IMG/VR virus record: IMGVR_UViG_3300023179_005195
Span: 1 to 64,000 of that record
DNA from: an uncultured virus (IMG/VR IMGVR_UViG_3300023179_005195)
Taxonomy: Duplodnaviria; Heunggongvirae; Uroviricota; Caudoviricetes
Direction: 5' to 3' (one strand)
DNA length: 64,000 nucleotides
The notes below the pieces were generated by a model. That model saw only the letters and a program-made list of their open reading frames with translations. It searched no databases and was not told the origin of the DNA. The position numbers and the translations under genes were made by a program. Below are positions 18,864 to 29,309 of the stretch, piece by piece (position 1 is the first letter of the stretch; each line of letters opens with the position of its first letter).

Positions 18864-19195
18864 TTTGATCCTGTTATCGCTGCCTTGCTTTTATTAACAG
18901 TTTCTTCGTAATTATTCTTTTGATCCTTATACCATTGTTGCCAACTATCGTTTTTCAAAGAACACTTATAATGTAATGTATAATTCTCAACTAAGTTATT
19001 AAGTAAATCATTTAATCGTACAGGTTCACCTTCTTTTCCAGCTTTTAGTTCTTTTAATTCTTCACATTTTTTCATTAGTTCGACACTGGCAGGTGGCCAA
19101 TCCGGAGGAGGTACTGGCACACGTATTACTTTAGGTTCAAATAACCCACAACTAGAAATTAATAAAGTGCAAAAGATAATACCAAGCATTCTCAT
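18860..19195 (-). CDS. Lipoprotein, candidate o-spanin
   Basis: ISSC lipobox; Pro-rich segment; extra Cys residues; follows a TM/coiled-coil gene. Confidence 0.6.
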   Translation of the reverse strand: MRMLGIIFCTLLISSCGLFEPKVIRVPVPPPDWPPASVELMKKCEELKELKAGKEGEPVRLNDLLNNLVENYTLHYKCSLKNDSWQQWYKDQKNNYEETVNKSKAAITGSK

Positions 19196-19815
19196 TGCTT
19201 TTCTCCCTTCACTACTTTATTAATTTGGTCAACTACGGCGTTTGGAATAGGACACTCTTGATTAGCTCTTCTAGCATCTTCAAGTTCTTTCTGATGTTTT
19301 GCTTCTTGTTCTTTAAACTTATTATTAAAAGCTTCTTTCTCTGCCGAACTCATCTTATTAAAGTTAACAGATGCTTCTGCCGCTTTTCTACGTTCTTCTG
19401 CTGCTTTAGCTTCTAAGTCTTTTGTTTTACCAAAAAGAGCGCCGACCTGATCTTTTAATTGATCTTTCTCTTTATCTATTTTTTCTTCTTCTTGTTTTAC
19501 AGTTGAGTCTGTTTCAGCGGTAATATTTTCTGCTTTTTTATTACCTTCTTCTATTATGTTTATTACTTCTTCTGAAGTTCTATAGTTCAAGGCCCCTTCA
19601 ACATAAACTGACCCCAATAGTACAACAAAACTTAATATTCTAATAGGTAATGCATAAATTCCCATAAAAGGAATTAATCGCATAACAAATGTTAAAAAAT
19701 ATCCTAAAAATCCTGCAATAACTAATAGATGCCATACACCAGCTGGTATCCAATCCATAGTTGTCTCTAACATCCATAACAAAAGGTTAACTTCAGGTTC
19801 TGATTGTTCGGACAT
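19192..19815 (-). CDS. Membrane-anchored coiled-coil protein, candidate i-spanin
   Basis: N-terminal TM helices, long periplasm-type coiled coil and a C-terminal C-x-I-P motif. Confidence 0.55.
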   Translation of the reverse strand: MSEQSEPEVNLLLWMLETTMDWIPAGVWHLLVIAGFLGYFLTFVMRLIPFMGIYALPIRILSFVVLLGSVYVEGALNYRTSEEVINIIEEGNKKAENITAETDSTVKQEEEKIDKEKDQLKDQVGALFGKTKDLEAKAAEERRKAAEASVNFNKMSSAEKEAFNNKFKEQEAKHQKELEDARRANQECPIPNAVVDQINKVVKGEKQ

Positions 19816-19817
19816 GT

Positions 19818-20561
19818 TTACCACCTATTTTTTTCTAAAACAACTGCACGATCCCCATTTCTAATTAAAAACACATTACCAATTTTGTCAATATCGTAGT
19901 TTCCGAGATACTTTGCTAAAAATATAACTTGGCTTTGACTACTTTCATCTAATCTCAAAGCACCAGGAAATGCTTTTAGTACATTATTATAATCTCCTAT
20001 TGCTAGAAAAGTTGTTTCAATGTCATTAGCAAATGGTTTTCTAAATGTTAATCTATTATTTTCTGTTAATTGTAATTCCACAGATCCTTGATCAAAAAAA
20101 TCATTTAAATCTGATTCTTTTATTTCTAACATAGCAGATTCATAGGATTGTGGTGTTAAAGGAACATTTTCTGTTAATGATTCTTTGGTAAATTCTACAC
20201 TGTGATTTGCTTTTTGGTATCTGAACCTCCAATTTTCGCAATCGCATAATTTAGTTACACCGTCTAATAGCTCTTCAAGTTGTTCAGCAAGTTGAGGAGT
20301 TCTTTGAATTTCTACAAATACTTGGTATTTGCCATCGTGCTCTTCTCCTGCGCTCATGTCTGCATCTAATATAAAATCATAACCTTTTTCTATAAATTCT
20401 ACCAGATCTATAGCAGGATGTTTTTCTTTAACTTTAAATCCTATAACAACAATATCTTTGTCTTCGCCCATCTTACTTTTATATTGGTCTACTGTAAAAA
20501 GTTTGTCTATATAATTCTTTAAATCTCCAGATCTCAATCCTTCTTTAAGATGTTTACGCAT
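19818..20561 (-). CDS. Hypothetical phage protein
   Basis: 247 aa co-oriented ORF; no recognised catalytic motif. Confidence 0.75.
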   Translation of the reverse strand: MRKHLKEGLRSGDLKNYIDKLFTVDQYKSKMGEDKDIVVIGFKVKEKHPAIDLVEFIEKGYDFILDADMSAGEEHDGKYQVFVEIQRTPQLAEQLEELLDGVTKLCDCENWRFRYQKANHSVEFTKESLTENVPLTPQSYESAMLEIKESDLNDFFDQGSVELQLTENNRLTFRKPFANDIETTFLAIGDYNNVLKAFPGALRLDESSQSQVIFLAKYLGNYDIDKIGNVFLIRNGDRAVVLEKNRW

Positions 20562-21075
20562 TAGCTGGTGCCTCCTGTGGTGCTTGTTGCGCTGCTGCTT
20601 CTTGAGTCATATCCATACTATTGTATTTCATTAATTCTGCTCTTCTAGCAGATTCTTTATTTTCTTGTCCAACTGCAACATCCTGCATGAGTTTTTTAGG
20701 CATCGTAATTGTAACTATCCACACTGGATGAGCATCTATTTTACCTTTACGTGTTCCGGGCCTGAAATCTCCAGGATCTTTTATTTTTCTTGGCATAAGA
20801 ATATGGTCTTTTTTATATGTAATATCGCAACCATAGTCAACTAATCGTTTTGCTCCTTTTGGATCCGGAGCAGACTTTAATGGCCACATAAATTGACAAG
20901 TAATATCATGTCTGTTAACATGCGGGCCCTCTACTAATTCTCCATCTTCCCAATTATCAAATACATAAATGTCTAATTCGTCTAATACTCTTTCAAAATC
21001 TTTGACCACAGAAAAAGCACCGTTATTTTCACTTATAACTTGTAGGTTTTTAATAATGTCTAGAACGTCATGCAT
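20554..21075 (-). CDS. Hypothetical phage protein
   Basis: 173 aa; SD AAGGA and TAAATA (21093-21098) upstream. Confidence 0.75.
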   Translation of the reverse strand: MHDVLDIIKNLQVISENNGAFSVVKDFERVLDELDIYVFDNWEDGELVEGPHVNRHDITCQFMWPLKSAPDPKGAKRLVDYGCDITYKKDHILMPRKIKDPGDFRPGTRKGKIDAHPVWIVTITMPKKLMQDVAVGQENKESARRAELMKYNSMDMTQEAAAQQAPQEAPANA

Positions 21076-21215
21076 ATGATTATCCTTGTCTGTATTTAGT
21101 TTTTTTTTGAGTGATTATATACAATGATTAAAATTAGGCTATTTTATTGCCTTTTTAAAATCATATTTTAAATACATTTGCAGGTTGATCATTATATTAT
21201 GATCAGGAGAGTAAA

Positions 21216-21971
21216 TTGCCTAGAACCAAGCGTCGTGAACGGAATTCTTTTTTAGAAAAGGATCCTAGATTTTCAAAAGAAATGAGCAATAACCTTATAC
21301 AGATTAAGCCTTACCTAAAACGTAAACAGCAAGTTAGTATAATTCCCAGAAACCTGTCTCAAGAAAAATATTTTGAACTGTTAATAAATCCAAAAAAATA
21401 TATAATATTAGCTATCGGTCCTGCGGGAACAGGCAAAACGATGTTAGCTGTCCAGATGGCTATAAAATTACTTAAAGAAGGTATAACCAGTAAAATTATT
21501 GTTACCCGACCAGCTGTTTCAGTTGATGAGGAACACGGATTTTTACCAGGCACATTAATTCAAAAAATGGAACCTTGGACAAGACCAATATTTGATGTTT
21601 TCGAGGAATACTATCATCCTCGAGAAATATTAAGTATGTTGGAAGATGGAGTTATAGAAATTTCGCCGTTGGCTTATATGAGAGGGCGTACTTTTAAAAA
21701 TGCTTTTGTCATAGCAGATGAAATGCAAAATGCCACACCTTCTCAAATGAAGATGTTATTGACCAGACTCGGAGAAAATTCTAGAATGGTAGTTACGGGA
21801 GATTTATGTCAGGCAGATAGGCCTCGAGAAAACGGTTTGTTTGAATTTTGCAAATTACAAGAAGAAGGAGGTGATTTAAAAATGATCGCTATGGCAAAAT
21901 TCGAAACAAAGGATGTAGAAAGGCATCCTGTTGTAAAAGAAGTTTTAAAAATATATAAAGAAGTGGTTTGA
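21216..21971 (+). CDS. phoH: PhoH-family ATPase
   Basis: GPAGTGKT, RPAV, GFLPG, AYMRGRTF, DEMQN, LLTRLG, GD..Q.D, RHPVV. Confidence 0.95.
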   Translation: MPRTKRRERNSFLEKDPRFSKEMSNNLIQIKPYLKRKQQVSIIPRNLSQEKYFELLINPKKYIILAIGPAGTGKTMLAVQMAIKLLKEGITSKIIVTRPAVSVDEEHGFLPGTLIQKMEPWTRPIFDVFEEYYHPREILSMLEDGVIEISPLAYMRGRTFKNAFVIADEMQNATPSQMKMLLTRLGENSRMVVTGDLCQADRPRENGLFEFCKLQEEGGDLKMIAMAKFETKDVERHPVVKEVLKIYKEVV

Positions 21972-21974
21972 AAT

Positions 21975-22022
21975 AATAAATCGAGCAAACGATCAGCCTG
22001 CTTTTATACTGCTCGATTTATT
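21975..22022. terminator. Inverted repeat between convergent genes, possible bidirectional terminator
   Basis: 13-bp arms AATAAATCGAGCA/TGCTCGATTTATT with a 22-nt loop. Confidence 0.55.
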
Positions 22023-22023
22023 G

Positions 22024-22944
22024 TTATAGTCTTGACAACTTGACTAGACAGGCCGCAAGATTTATTTCTGGATCTGCAATGAGAGCATGATCTACCAGAC
22101 CTTGTTTAATAATAAGCAAGGCTTTATCTTTTGTCTCATCTGTTTTTCCAAACAATTCTAAATTATCGTACATCCAACGATAGATTTCTTCCATTTCTTC
22201 TGGTCTAACTTTACCGCAGAGTAATTTTCTAGCATCTTGTATTTTACCCTGTTTAAATAATTCAACCATGTCTATTTTATAATCACTAGACTCTCTATCG
22301 TTGGTACTTGGTAATAAAAGTTTTTGGTTAGCACAATGTTGTTGAATCATGTTTATACATTTTCTAAGATCAGGATAGGTAACCTTAACAAAAGTATCTA
22401 ATACATCTAATTCAAAATCTATTTCTTCTTCGACTAAAATTGTTGCCACCCTAGCAGTAAATTCTGTTTGGTCAGTACGTTCTACATGAAAGCCCTGACA
22501 TCGACTATGTATGGCAGGAATAATTCTGTTTGGATAGTTACATGTAAGTATGAATCTACTATGGTTGCTGTAAGTTTCCATTACACCACGAAGTATGGCT
22601 TGAGCATTTGGAGTTAGATAATCTGCTTCATCTAACAAAACAATTTTAAAAGGACCAAACGGAATCATTTGAACAAAATTAATAATTTTGTCTCTTACTG
22701 TCTCTACATTGTTTTCTCGTGATGCATTAATTTCTAATACATCGTAATCTTCGATCCCGAGCTCATTTATGAGAACTTTTGCCAATGTTGTTTTGCCAAT
22801 GCCTGCCGCACCACTTAGTAACAGATGAGGAATAGACTTTTCTTTGATCCATAATTGAACTTGTCGTTTTTGTGCTTTATCTTTAAAGACATACTGATCT
22901 ACTGTTTTAGGTCTATAACGCTCTGTCCAAAGTTCTTTAGCCAC
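22024..22944 (-). CDS. Sliding-clamp loader ATPase subunit (RFC/T4 gp44-like)
   Basis: LWTERYRPK, GAAGIGKTT, INAS, LDEAD, SRC motifs. Confidence 0.93.
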   Translation of the reverse strand: MAKELWTERYRPKTVDQYVFKDKAQKRQVQLWIKEKSIPHLLLSGAAGIGKTTLAKVLINELGIEDYDVLEINASRENNVETVRDKIINFVQMIPFGPFKIVLLDEADYLTPNAQAILRGVMETYSNHSRFILTCNYPNRIIPAIHSRCQGFHVERTDQTEFTARVATILVEEEIDFELDVLDTFVKVTYPDLRKCINMIQQHCANQKLLLPSTNDRESSDYKIDMVELFKQGKIQDARKLLCGKVRPEEMEEIYRWMYDNLELFGKTDETKDKALLIIKQGLVDHALIADPEINLAACLVKLSRL

Positions 22945-23302
22945 GTAATGACTCCATAGTTACAATCTTGCTTAGACTTTCTCCTAGGTTTTGTTCATGA
23001 GTGACAATATGTAGGTTTTGGTTATTTCGATCTTTAAGACGATCATAGGTTCGTGTTTCTACGACCATACCACCTGCTGCTCTGTGAATAGTAATACGCA
23101 TAGGCTGATTTGAGTCTAATTCTGTAGAATCCACTAGTCTTGAGCCTGATAATGCCTCTACTTGCTCTTCATTGAGCCAGTTGCGAATCCAGCGTTTAAA
23201 TTTTGATTTCATGGTTGCCTTTTGTTTTGTTACATTTCGTCGTCTATTATATTCTGCACTATTGTTAATGGTAAGTATAGTTATGGGATTACTTGATGTC
23301 AT
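22937..23302 (-). CDS. Hypothetical protein
   Basis: ORF downstream of a consensus promoter; start uncertain. Confidence 0.65.
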   Translation of the reverse strand: MTSSNPITILTINNSAEYNRRRNVTKQKATMKSKFKRWIRNWLNEEQVEALSGSRLVDSTELDSNQPMRITIHRAAGGMVVETRTYDRLKDRNNQNLHIVTHEQNLGESLSKIVTMESLRG

Positions 23303-23326
23303 TTCTAACCTATTATCATATAATAG

Positions 23327-23355
23327 ATTATAAGATTTTCTTTAATAGTTGTCAA
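23327..23355 (-). promoter_or_regulatory. Consensus sigma70 promoter
   Basis: TTGACA-17-TATAAT, upstream of the clamp-loader unit. Confidence 0.8.
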
Positions 23356-23375
23356 ATGATATTATTAAATTCTGA

Positions 23376-23708
23376 TTAATTTCGTAGTACATCAGAAGGT
23401 GGATTTTCTGATACTGCAAGTATAGATTTACCTTCGATCATTCTTAATTCTTTTGTGTTACCGTCTTTATCTTCCCATTCTACTGTTCTTGTCCACCGAC
23501 CGTGTTCTACCAATACCCATTCCCCAATTATCACATCTTTTTGATCTTTTCCGATAGCAAATACTCTTCCCCATCTAGGATGTATACCAGATGTTTTACC
23601 GTTGTCACTGGCTATGAATAATCCGCTTTTTGTAATTTCATGATCAAAATTCATGTCGCTAACAATAATGTTATCCCTCAATGGAATAACTTTTCCTTTA
23701 AGTTTCAT
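23376..23708 (-). CDS. groES: GroES-like co-chaperonin
   Basis: PLRDNIIV, TKSGLFI mobile loop, GRVFAIG, IGEWVLV. Confidence 0.8.
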   Translation of the reverse strand: MKLKGKVIPLRDNIIVSDMNFDHEITKSGLFIASDNGKTSGIHPRWGRVFAIGKDQKDVIIGEWVLVEHGRWTRTVEWEDKDGNTKELRMIEGKSILAVSENPPSDVLRN

Positions 23709-23718
23709 ATTTTTCCTC

Positions 23719-23967
23719 TTATACTCCTGTTGGTTTTTTATCTTTTTTTTCTATTGGTTTAATTTCTTCACGTTGTTTAGCAGGTGTTTTTTCGTAATAA
23801 TCTGCTACAATTTGTTCTCTTTTTCTTATTATCTTTCCACCTGGACCTAGCTCATCGCCTCTTGCATTAACACGTACGTTACCTACAGCAGGCATAAGTT
23901 CATTATTGCGCATGATTTTTTCCATGTCAACTTCTTTTCCTTGAAACGATTTATATGTTTTATTCAT
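23719..23967 (-). CDS. Hypothetical protein
   Basis: AVGNVRVNARGDELGPGG motif; overlaps the upstream stop. Confidence 0.7.
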   Translation of the reverse strand: MNKTYKSFQGKEVDMEKIMRNNELMPAVGNVRVNARGDELGPGGKIIRKREQIVADYYEKTPAKQREEIKPIEKKDKKPTGV

Positions 23968-24490
23968 TTTTTAACTCCTTTAGAAATTCATTTATATCTA
24001 ACTGATACTTCAAAGAATCTATTTTATGTACTCCTATTAAGTATAATACATAACTGGCAACGCAACTACCTCTGCCTACACCCCACACAATATTGTTTTC
24101 TCGCATGGTATCTACCAAGTATTTAAGGTAATATAATAGGTCATACATTTTATGCTGAGTAAATAATTTTAATTCTTTTTCTACTCTATTACGTTTTTCT
24201 TCAGTGTCACAAGACTGATATAACATTTCAATAAGATTCGGACAATAATTTTTTGGCATAAACCAATGGCCTTGATTATGTAGATCAAATTCTTCCATTG
24301 TTAAGTTATTCGATTGGATGGACCTTATACATGCAATATTATCTTTATTTTTGTTTAACGCATGATTAAACTGTGATACTACAGATTCTTCAAAGAAGAA
24401 CCTGCCTAAATCTTGTGTTTTTGTTGAATATATAACTTGAACAGCTTCATCCTCGCTTAAAGTAACCTGACCATATGAATTTATTTCCAT
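23960..24490 (-). CDS. Stand-alone DNA polymerase III alpha (DnaE) fragment
   Basis: RVEKEL, GVGRGSCVASYVLYLIGVHKIDSLKYQL..EFL match the DnaE GRGS region; ends before the PDID catalytic motif. Confidence 0.8.
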   Translation of the reverse strand: MEINSYGQVTLSEDEAVQVIYSTKTQDLGRFFFEESVVSQFNHALNKNKDNIACIRSIQSNNLTMEEFDLHNQGHWFMPKNYCPNLIEMLYQSCDTEEKRNRVEKELKLFTQHKMYDLLYYLKYLVDTMRENNIVWGVGRGSCVASYVLYLIGVHKIDSLKYQLDINEFLKELKNE

Positions 24491-24495
24491 AATTT

Positions 24496-24524
24496 ATTAT
24501 ATTATAGATAGGGCTAAATGTCAA
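24496..24524 (-). promoter_or_regulatory. Consensus sigma70 promoter, near-leaderless
   Basis: TTGACA-17-TATAAT; the -10 box ends 5 nt before ATG 24490. Confidence 0.78.
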
Positions 24525-24763
24525 CGGTCTATGTTAATTAAGTCGTCAAAATCTTTATTTTTTTCTTGTAGTTTTTTGTGATTTTCTATGTGCCTATTGG
24601 CTTGCTCATTTCTATAATGTGATATGGCAATATTGAGCTGTTCGCAAACTAAGCCTTGACCCATTTTAGCAGCTATTGTGTATTTTTTAAAAAGTTCTGC
24701 TATTTTTAGTTCTATATCATCGTCTTTTAATTTGCTCAGATCTTTTATTAATGGGTTATACAT
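24521..24763 (-). CDS. Hypothetical protein
   Basis: Probable start MYNPLIKDLS; coiled-coil-like. Confidence 0.65.
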   Translation of the reverse strand: MYNPLIKDLSKLKDDDIELKIAELFKKYTIAAKMGQGLVCEQLNIAISHYRNEQANRHIENHKKLQEKNKDFDDLINIDR

Positions 24764-25518
24764 TAACTTAATCCAACTTGTTTCCAACTTCCGTTATAAA
24801 CATAAATCTTGTTATTGGTAGAATCGTAATATAAAGGAACTGTTCCTGCTATACTAGTTGGTACACCTGTTGGTGCCCCAGCAGCAGACGGTATGCGAAT
24901 AAATCCGTCCTTCATTGCTGTCGTGCCGGATTTGGTATACACATTGCCATTACCGTCTGTTTTAATTGCCATATTCACCAATTCAGCTGCAAATACAGTA
25001 TTACCGCTGTCATAACTCCATAAATTCCAAATCACAGGAGTAGTTTGAGTATAGCTTACAGGAAATCCTGTTCTTGTTAATAATGTTGTAATACCGCCTA
25101 AGTTAATGTTTATAACACTGGAAGTACTTGGAGTTATTTCTAAAGTTACCACACCACATTTATTGTCACTTGGCCAATTTACCACAGTGAATGTATGGGT
25201 ATTCACGTTAACTGAATATTTTTGGTAACTACCAGTTTGATAATCTACTTCTACTACTCCACTGACTGATCCATTGTTAACAGTTAATAAACTTGGGGCC
25301 TGTAAAGTTGCTCTTTTTACAATATTTTCACCAAAGTCATTTGTTGTGGTTAGGCTAACTGATCCATTTTGTAGCCCTGTTATTTCTTTGCTAGCAACTC
25401 CTAGAGCAGACTGTATTTTAGAAAAGTTGTTCCTAAACCCCTGTGAGTCATTATCTTCTCCTGGAACAGGAAAATTAACATTTATAGAATTGCTATAATT
25501 TGTAATAGTACTAGCCAA
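24763..25518 (-). CDS. Putative virion structural protein
   Basis: FPVPGEDNDSQGFRNNF N-terminus; fibre-like C-terminal LYYDSTNNKIYVYNGSW. Confidence 0.65.
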   Translation of the reverse strand: MASTITNYSNSINVNFPVPGEDNDSQGFRNNFSKIQSALGVASKEITGLQNGSVSLTTTNDFGENIVKRATLQAPSLLTVNNGSVSGVVEVDYQTGSYQKYSVNVNTHTFTVVNWPSDNKCGVVTLEITPSTSSVININLGGITTLLTRTGFPVSYTQTTPVIWNLWSYDSGNTVFAAELVNMAIKTDGNGNVYTKSGTTAMKDGFIRIPSAAGAPTGVPTSIAGTVPLYYDSTNNKIYVYNGSWKQVGLS

Positions 25519-25531
25519 AGTCTAACTCCGC

Positions 25532-28500
25532 TTATTTCTTTAAGTTATTTTTTAAATTTTCTACTTCTGACGCAAGATATTTAACTGATTCAATAAGTAA
25601 TGGAATAATTTTTCCATATTGAATAGCTTTATGCCCGTTTGGTTTCGTAGCGACAAGTTGCGGAAGTATTTTTTCTATCTCTTGAGCAATAACACCAACA
25701 TCTTGCTTTCTTACAAAGAACCCGTCTTCTCCGCCACGACTTTCAATAAAATCTTCCTTCCAGTCAAAATAGTAACCGTGAATTTGGTTTATCAGTGTAA
25801 TTGGGTTGTCAATTAATCTTATGTTTTCTTTCAAACTGGCATCTGAAGTATAATAGGCTGTGACATCTCCAGTGGCTCTGATTTCACCATTAACATATAA
25901 TGAACCATTTATTGATGCTGTTGATCCTGCTTGTGGACTGGTATAACCTACTTGGAAAGTTCCTGTGGTAATATAAACTTGATCATATTTTGCCACAAGT
26001 ATATCATTAGTAATATATGTGCCGTAGGTACGTTTAAATCTAAATCTTATAGATTCATTCTGATCGTAATCGTTTTCTGATTGTAAAATAAAGTTACTTG
26101 TTTCGTTTCCTGCCGGGCTTTCGCCATAGATTTTCCAGCCGTCTGTGTTACCAACAGTTTGACCAATATAATATGTTGGTTCACCCGAAACTCCGAAGTA
26201 ATTTGTACCTACAGTATTTTGTGGTAAAGAAACTCCATTGGCTGTGAAAAATCCACTGTTTGGGTTAACAGAAACACTGCTAGTAGTATATAATAATTCA
26301 CCACTAGAAGAAGCATTGTTTGAATCTACAAAAGTTGGATAATATGTACCTGAAATAGGTAATGAAACTGTATTAACCTGGCTGGCTGTATTTACAGCTA
26401 CACCAAGGTTACCTACAATATTGCCACCTACATATAAATTACCACCTATGCCTACGCCACCTTGTGTAACTAAGTCGCCTGTTATAGTTGATGTAGCTTG
26501 TGTACCAAAAACTGTTCGCATACGACTAGCATATAAATCTCCTCCTATGCCAGCTCCACCCCTTACTTGAAAAGCCCCTGTCAAAGTACTTACAGAAACA
26601 GTTAATCCATCCAACGTCAGTGTATTAAAAAATGCAGGTCCTCCTGATCCTCTACTGACCATTACTTCGCCGGCATTACCTGGACCTGTGAAAACGGTTC
26701 TTCCGGGACTTTGTTGATAAGGTGTCTGTCCGGCTACCCCACCATTTAAATTTGTAGCTGTTGAAATAATACCACTGGCATTACCATAGATGGTTCCTCC
26801 TACAAATATGTCTCCGCCAACTCCTACTCCGCCAAACACATTAAATGCACCAGTTATTGTTGAAGTAGCTGATGTAATATTAGTAATAGTCGTGCGTCCG
26901 CCTACAACTAAACTTTGACCTATTCCAACTCCTCCTACTACCTGTAGTGCGCCTGAATTGGTAGAGCCTGCATTTGTTGCATTTACTACGGTGTTAATTC
27001 CTGCTAGATTAGTCTGTCCACCTACGTATAAATTTGCGCCAATACCAACTCCACCGGTTACAATAACTGCACCACTGTTAGTAGAACTTGCATTAGCACC
27101 GTTGGCAAATAATCCTTGCCCGCCAACTGCTACGTTTTGTGCTATGCCTACTCCTCCCAAAACTCTTAAAGATCCTGTGTTGGGTGAAGGAGAACCAATA
27201 GTGCCATTTATAACAACATTTGTTACACTGAATAAATTATCGTTGTACCAATATTCAAACCCGTATTCAAATGTTGTACTACCTGGACCTGTTTGGTAGG
27301 GGATTAAGTATTGGTCACCAAATGACAAGTTAGAAGCCGTTGTACTTGCGCCAGAACTTAAGTTGTTAGGATTTAACCATGTTGCTGTACTACCGTTTGA
27401 AACTAGGATATAACTACTTGTGCCTATTGGAATAAATGCTGTTTGACCTATGTTAGTCTGGTAAGGTATACTTCCTTGGGCACCACCTGATAAATTAGCT
27501 GCTGAAGTGGCATTGGTAGCTGTACCAAATATAGTACCTCCGACATATAAATTTCTACCTATACCAGCACCGCCCGCTACTTTTAATGCTCCCGTCGTGG
27601 TGCTTATTGCCTGTGTTGAATTCGTAGTTTCTATAACGTCGTCTGTTACTACCAACGTGGTAGTAACAGTGGTGTATTGAATAGTTAATTTATCTGCTAC
27701 GATCTCACCAGCTACATATAGATTACCACCAATTCCTGCACCCCCAGATACTACTAATGCGCCTGTTAATGTAGATGTAGCTTGGTCCGTGCTTAAAGAA
27801 ACAATTTTACCGCCTACCCACAGAGCTTGACCTATTCCTGCACCACCTCTAACTTGAAAAGCACCGGTAAACTGATTAGTAGAATTTGCTAAACCGAATA
27901 ATGTTAATGTATTATTAAACGTCGGCATAGCTGAGCCATTGGCAACTAAAACATTACCGTTACTACCCGGACCAAAAAAGCTAGTTTGTCCTGTTGATGT
28001 TTGATATGGTATAGCTCCTGCTACACCTCCTGCCAAATTAGTAGATGTATTAACATTATTAACGCTAAGATTAGTTCCTATGTTTAATGCACCTAGTATA
28101 CTTACATTTCCGCCAATGAATACATCTTTCGCCACTGCCATACCACCAGAAACTGTAAATGCGCCTGTAGTGGTACTGGTAGAATTTGTTGTTGATGTTA
28201 CTGATACTACTCCGACTGAAAGTTTCTGTTTAGAAAGGTCGTAAAATAAATTTGCGTTAACAGAGACATCGTCAAACGCATTTGGTCCTGCCGAAAGCGC
28301 CGGATATCTTACAGCAGGTATAGCATCATCTAAAACATTATTAATATATAATTGTTTGGCTTGTGTAGCAAATCCAACTTGTACAGTGCCACTTGATGCC
28401 CAGGTTGGTATACTTCCGTTAGATCTTAAAATTGCATTATTAGCGCCGATACCTAAAAATACTGTAACACTAGATGCATTTTGATATGGAATGCTACCTA

Positions 28501-28969
28501 GGGCTCCTCCTTCTAGGTTGTTGGTTACTGTACTATACGGACCTGTTGGTCCTGTAACACCTGCTCCTGTGGGACCTTGTGGTCCTATTGGGCCCTGTGG
28601 TCCTGTAACTCCAATTGGACCTTGTGGTCCAGTCACGCCTTGTGGTCCACTTGGACCCTGTGGTCCAGTTACGCCTTGTGGACCTTGTGGACCTTGTGGT
28701 CCAGTTACGCCTTGTGGACCTTGTGGTCCAGTTATACCAATTGGTCCCTGCGGCCCTGTTATACCCTGAGGACCACTTGGTCCTGTAGGGCCAGTAATAC
28801 CTTGTGGACCCTGAGGCCCTGTAGGACCTTTTTGTGCTAGTAAAGTTTGTGCTAAAGTTACAGATAAGGTTTGATTAACTGCTGAATCCTGCACAATAAA
28901 CAGCGTTGTAGCCGGATCTGGATCAGTTAAAACAGGTAAATCAACAAGATTAGGACGGGCGTTACTCAT
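25532..28969 (-). CDS. Tail fibre with collagen-like repeat and C-terminal S74 intramolecular chaperone
   Basis: (GPQ)n; repeated STTTGALxVxGGxGIG units; SDASLKEN...GVIAQE...PLLIESVK. Confidence 0.88.
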   Translation of the reverse strand: MSNARPNLVDLPVLTDPDPATTLFIVQDSAVNQTLSVTLAQTLLAQKGPTGPQGPQGITGPTGPSGPQGITGPQGPIGITGPQGPQGVTGPQGPQGPQGVTGPQGPSGPQGVTGPQGPIGVTGPQGPIGPQGPTGAGVTGPTGPYSTVTNNLEGGALGSIPYQNASSVTVFLGIGANNAILRSNGSIPTWASSGTVQVGFATQAKQLYINNVLDDAIPAVRYPALSAGPNAFDDVSVNANLFYDLSKQKLSVGVVSVTSTTNSTSTTTGAFTVSGGMAVAKDVFIGGNVSILGALNIGTNLSVNNVNTSTNLAGGVAGAIPYQTSTGQTSFFGPGSNGNVLVANGSAMPTFNNTLTLFGLANSTNQFTGAFQVRGGAGIGQALWVGGKIVSLSTDQATSTLTGALVVSGGAGIGGNLYVAGEIVADKLTIQYTTVTTTLVVTDDVIETTNSTQAISTTTGALKVAGGAGIGRNLYVGGTIFGTATNATSAANLSGGAQGSIPYQTNIGQTAFIPIGTSSYILVSNGSTATWLNPNNLSSGASTTASNLSFGDQYLIPYQTGPGSTTFEYGFEYWYNDNLFSVTNVVINGTIGSPSPNTGSLRVLGGVGIAQNVAVGGQGLFANGANASSTNSGAVIVTGGVGIGANLYVGGQTNLAGINTVVNATNAGSTNSGALQVVGGVGIGQSLVVGGRTTITNITSATSTITGAFNVFGGVGVGGDIFVGGTIYGNASGIISTATNLNGGVAGQTPYQQSPGRTVFTGPGNAGEVMVSRGSGGPAFFNTLTLDGLTVSVSTLTGAFQVRGGAGIGGDLYASRMRTVFGTQATSTITGDLVTQGGVGIGGNLYVGGNIVGNLGVAVNTASQVNTVSLPISGTYYPTFVDSNNASSSGELLYTTSSVSVNPNSGFFTANGVSLPQNTVGTNYFGVSGEPTYYIGQTVGNTDGWKIYGESPAGNETSNFILQSENDYDQNESIRFRFKRTYGTYITNDILVAKYDQVYITTGTFQVGYTSPQAGSTASINGSLYVNGEIRATGDVTAYYTSDASLKENIRLIDNPITLINQIHGYYFDWKEDFIESRGGEDGFFVRKQDVGVIAQEIEKILPQLVATKPNGHKAIQYGKIIPLLIESVKYLASEVENLKNNLKK
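28538..28828 (-). repeat. Collagen-like Gly-X-Y coding repeat
   Basis: About 30 triplets; near-identical 9- and 27-nt units (ggaccttgtggtccagttacgccttgt). Confidence 0.9.
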
Positions 28970-29039
28970 AATATAGTTATTGGATAAACTATTTATTTGA
29001 ATAAAATAAAATCATGATTAGGGCTAATTTACTTTTTTA

Positions 29040-29243
29040 TTAGTGTAGAGTCCTTGGTTCTAATTGATTTAGATCTTTTATGCCGAAGATTTTACAAATA
29101 CGTTTAACTTGTCTAGGTGGTTCGTCAAATAGATCTTCAGGAAACATTATAGATTTTAATTGTCCATTGGCACTGATAATAAACCCAAAATCTCCATCTT
29201 CCATTTCATCATAGTCCTCAAAGTTTTCGTATTGCTCGGACAT
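29040..29243 (-). CDS. Small acidic hypothetical protein
   Basis: SD AGGAG and TAAATA (29266-29271) upstream. Confidence 0.65.
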   Translation of the reverse strand: MSEQYENFEDYDEMEDGDFGFIISANGQLKSIMFPEDLFDEPPRQVKRICKIFGIKDLNQLEPRTLH

Positions 29244-29309
29244 CTCATTCTCCTAAATAACAATGTATTTATTGGTTAAATATATAATCAACCTTAAAGG
29301 ATTTATTTT

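Noticed and set aside
21186..21205. TGATCAT/ATGATCA hairpin before phoH
   Set aside because: A weak 7-bp AT-rich stem that leaves the GGAG SD mostly free; function not supportable.
23960..24490. Intein- or intron-split dnaE
   Set aside because: No intein terminal motifs, and the flanks are ordinary ORFs rather than intron sequence.
28538..28828. Tandem repeats as a CRISPR array
   Set aside because: They are in-frame Gly-X-Y codons with no unique spacers.
28491..28840. Plus-strand Cys/Pro and Trp repeat ORFs
   Set aside because: Antisense read-outs of the collagen repeat.
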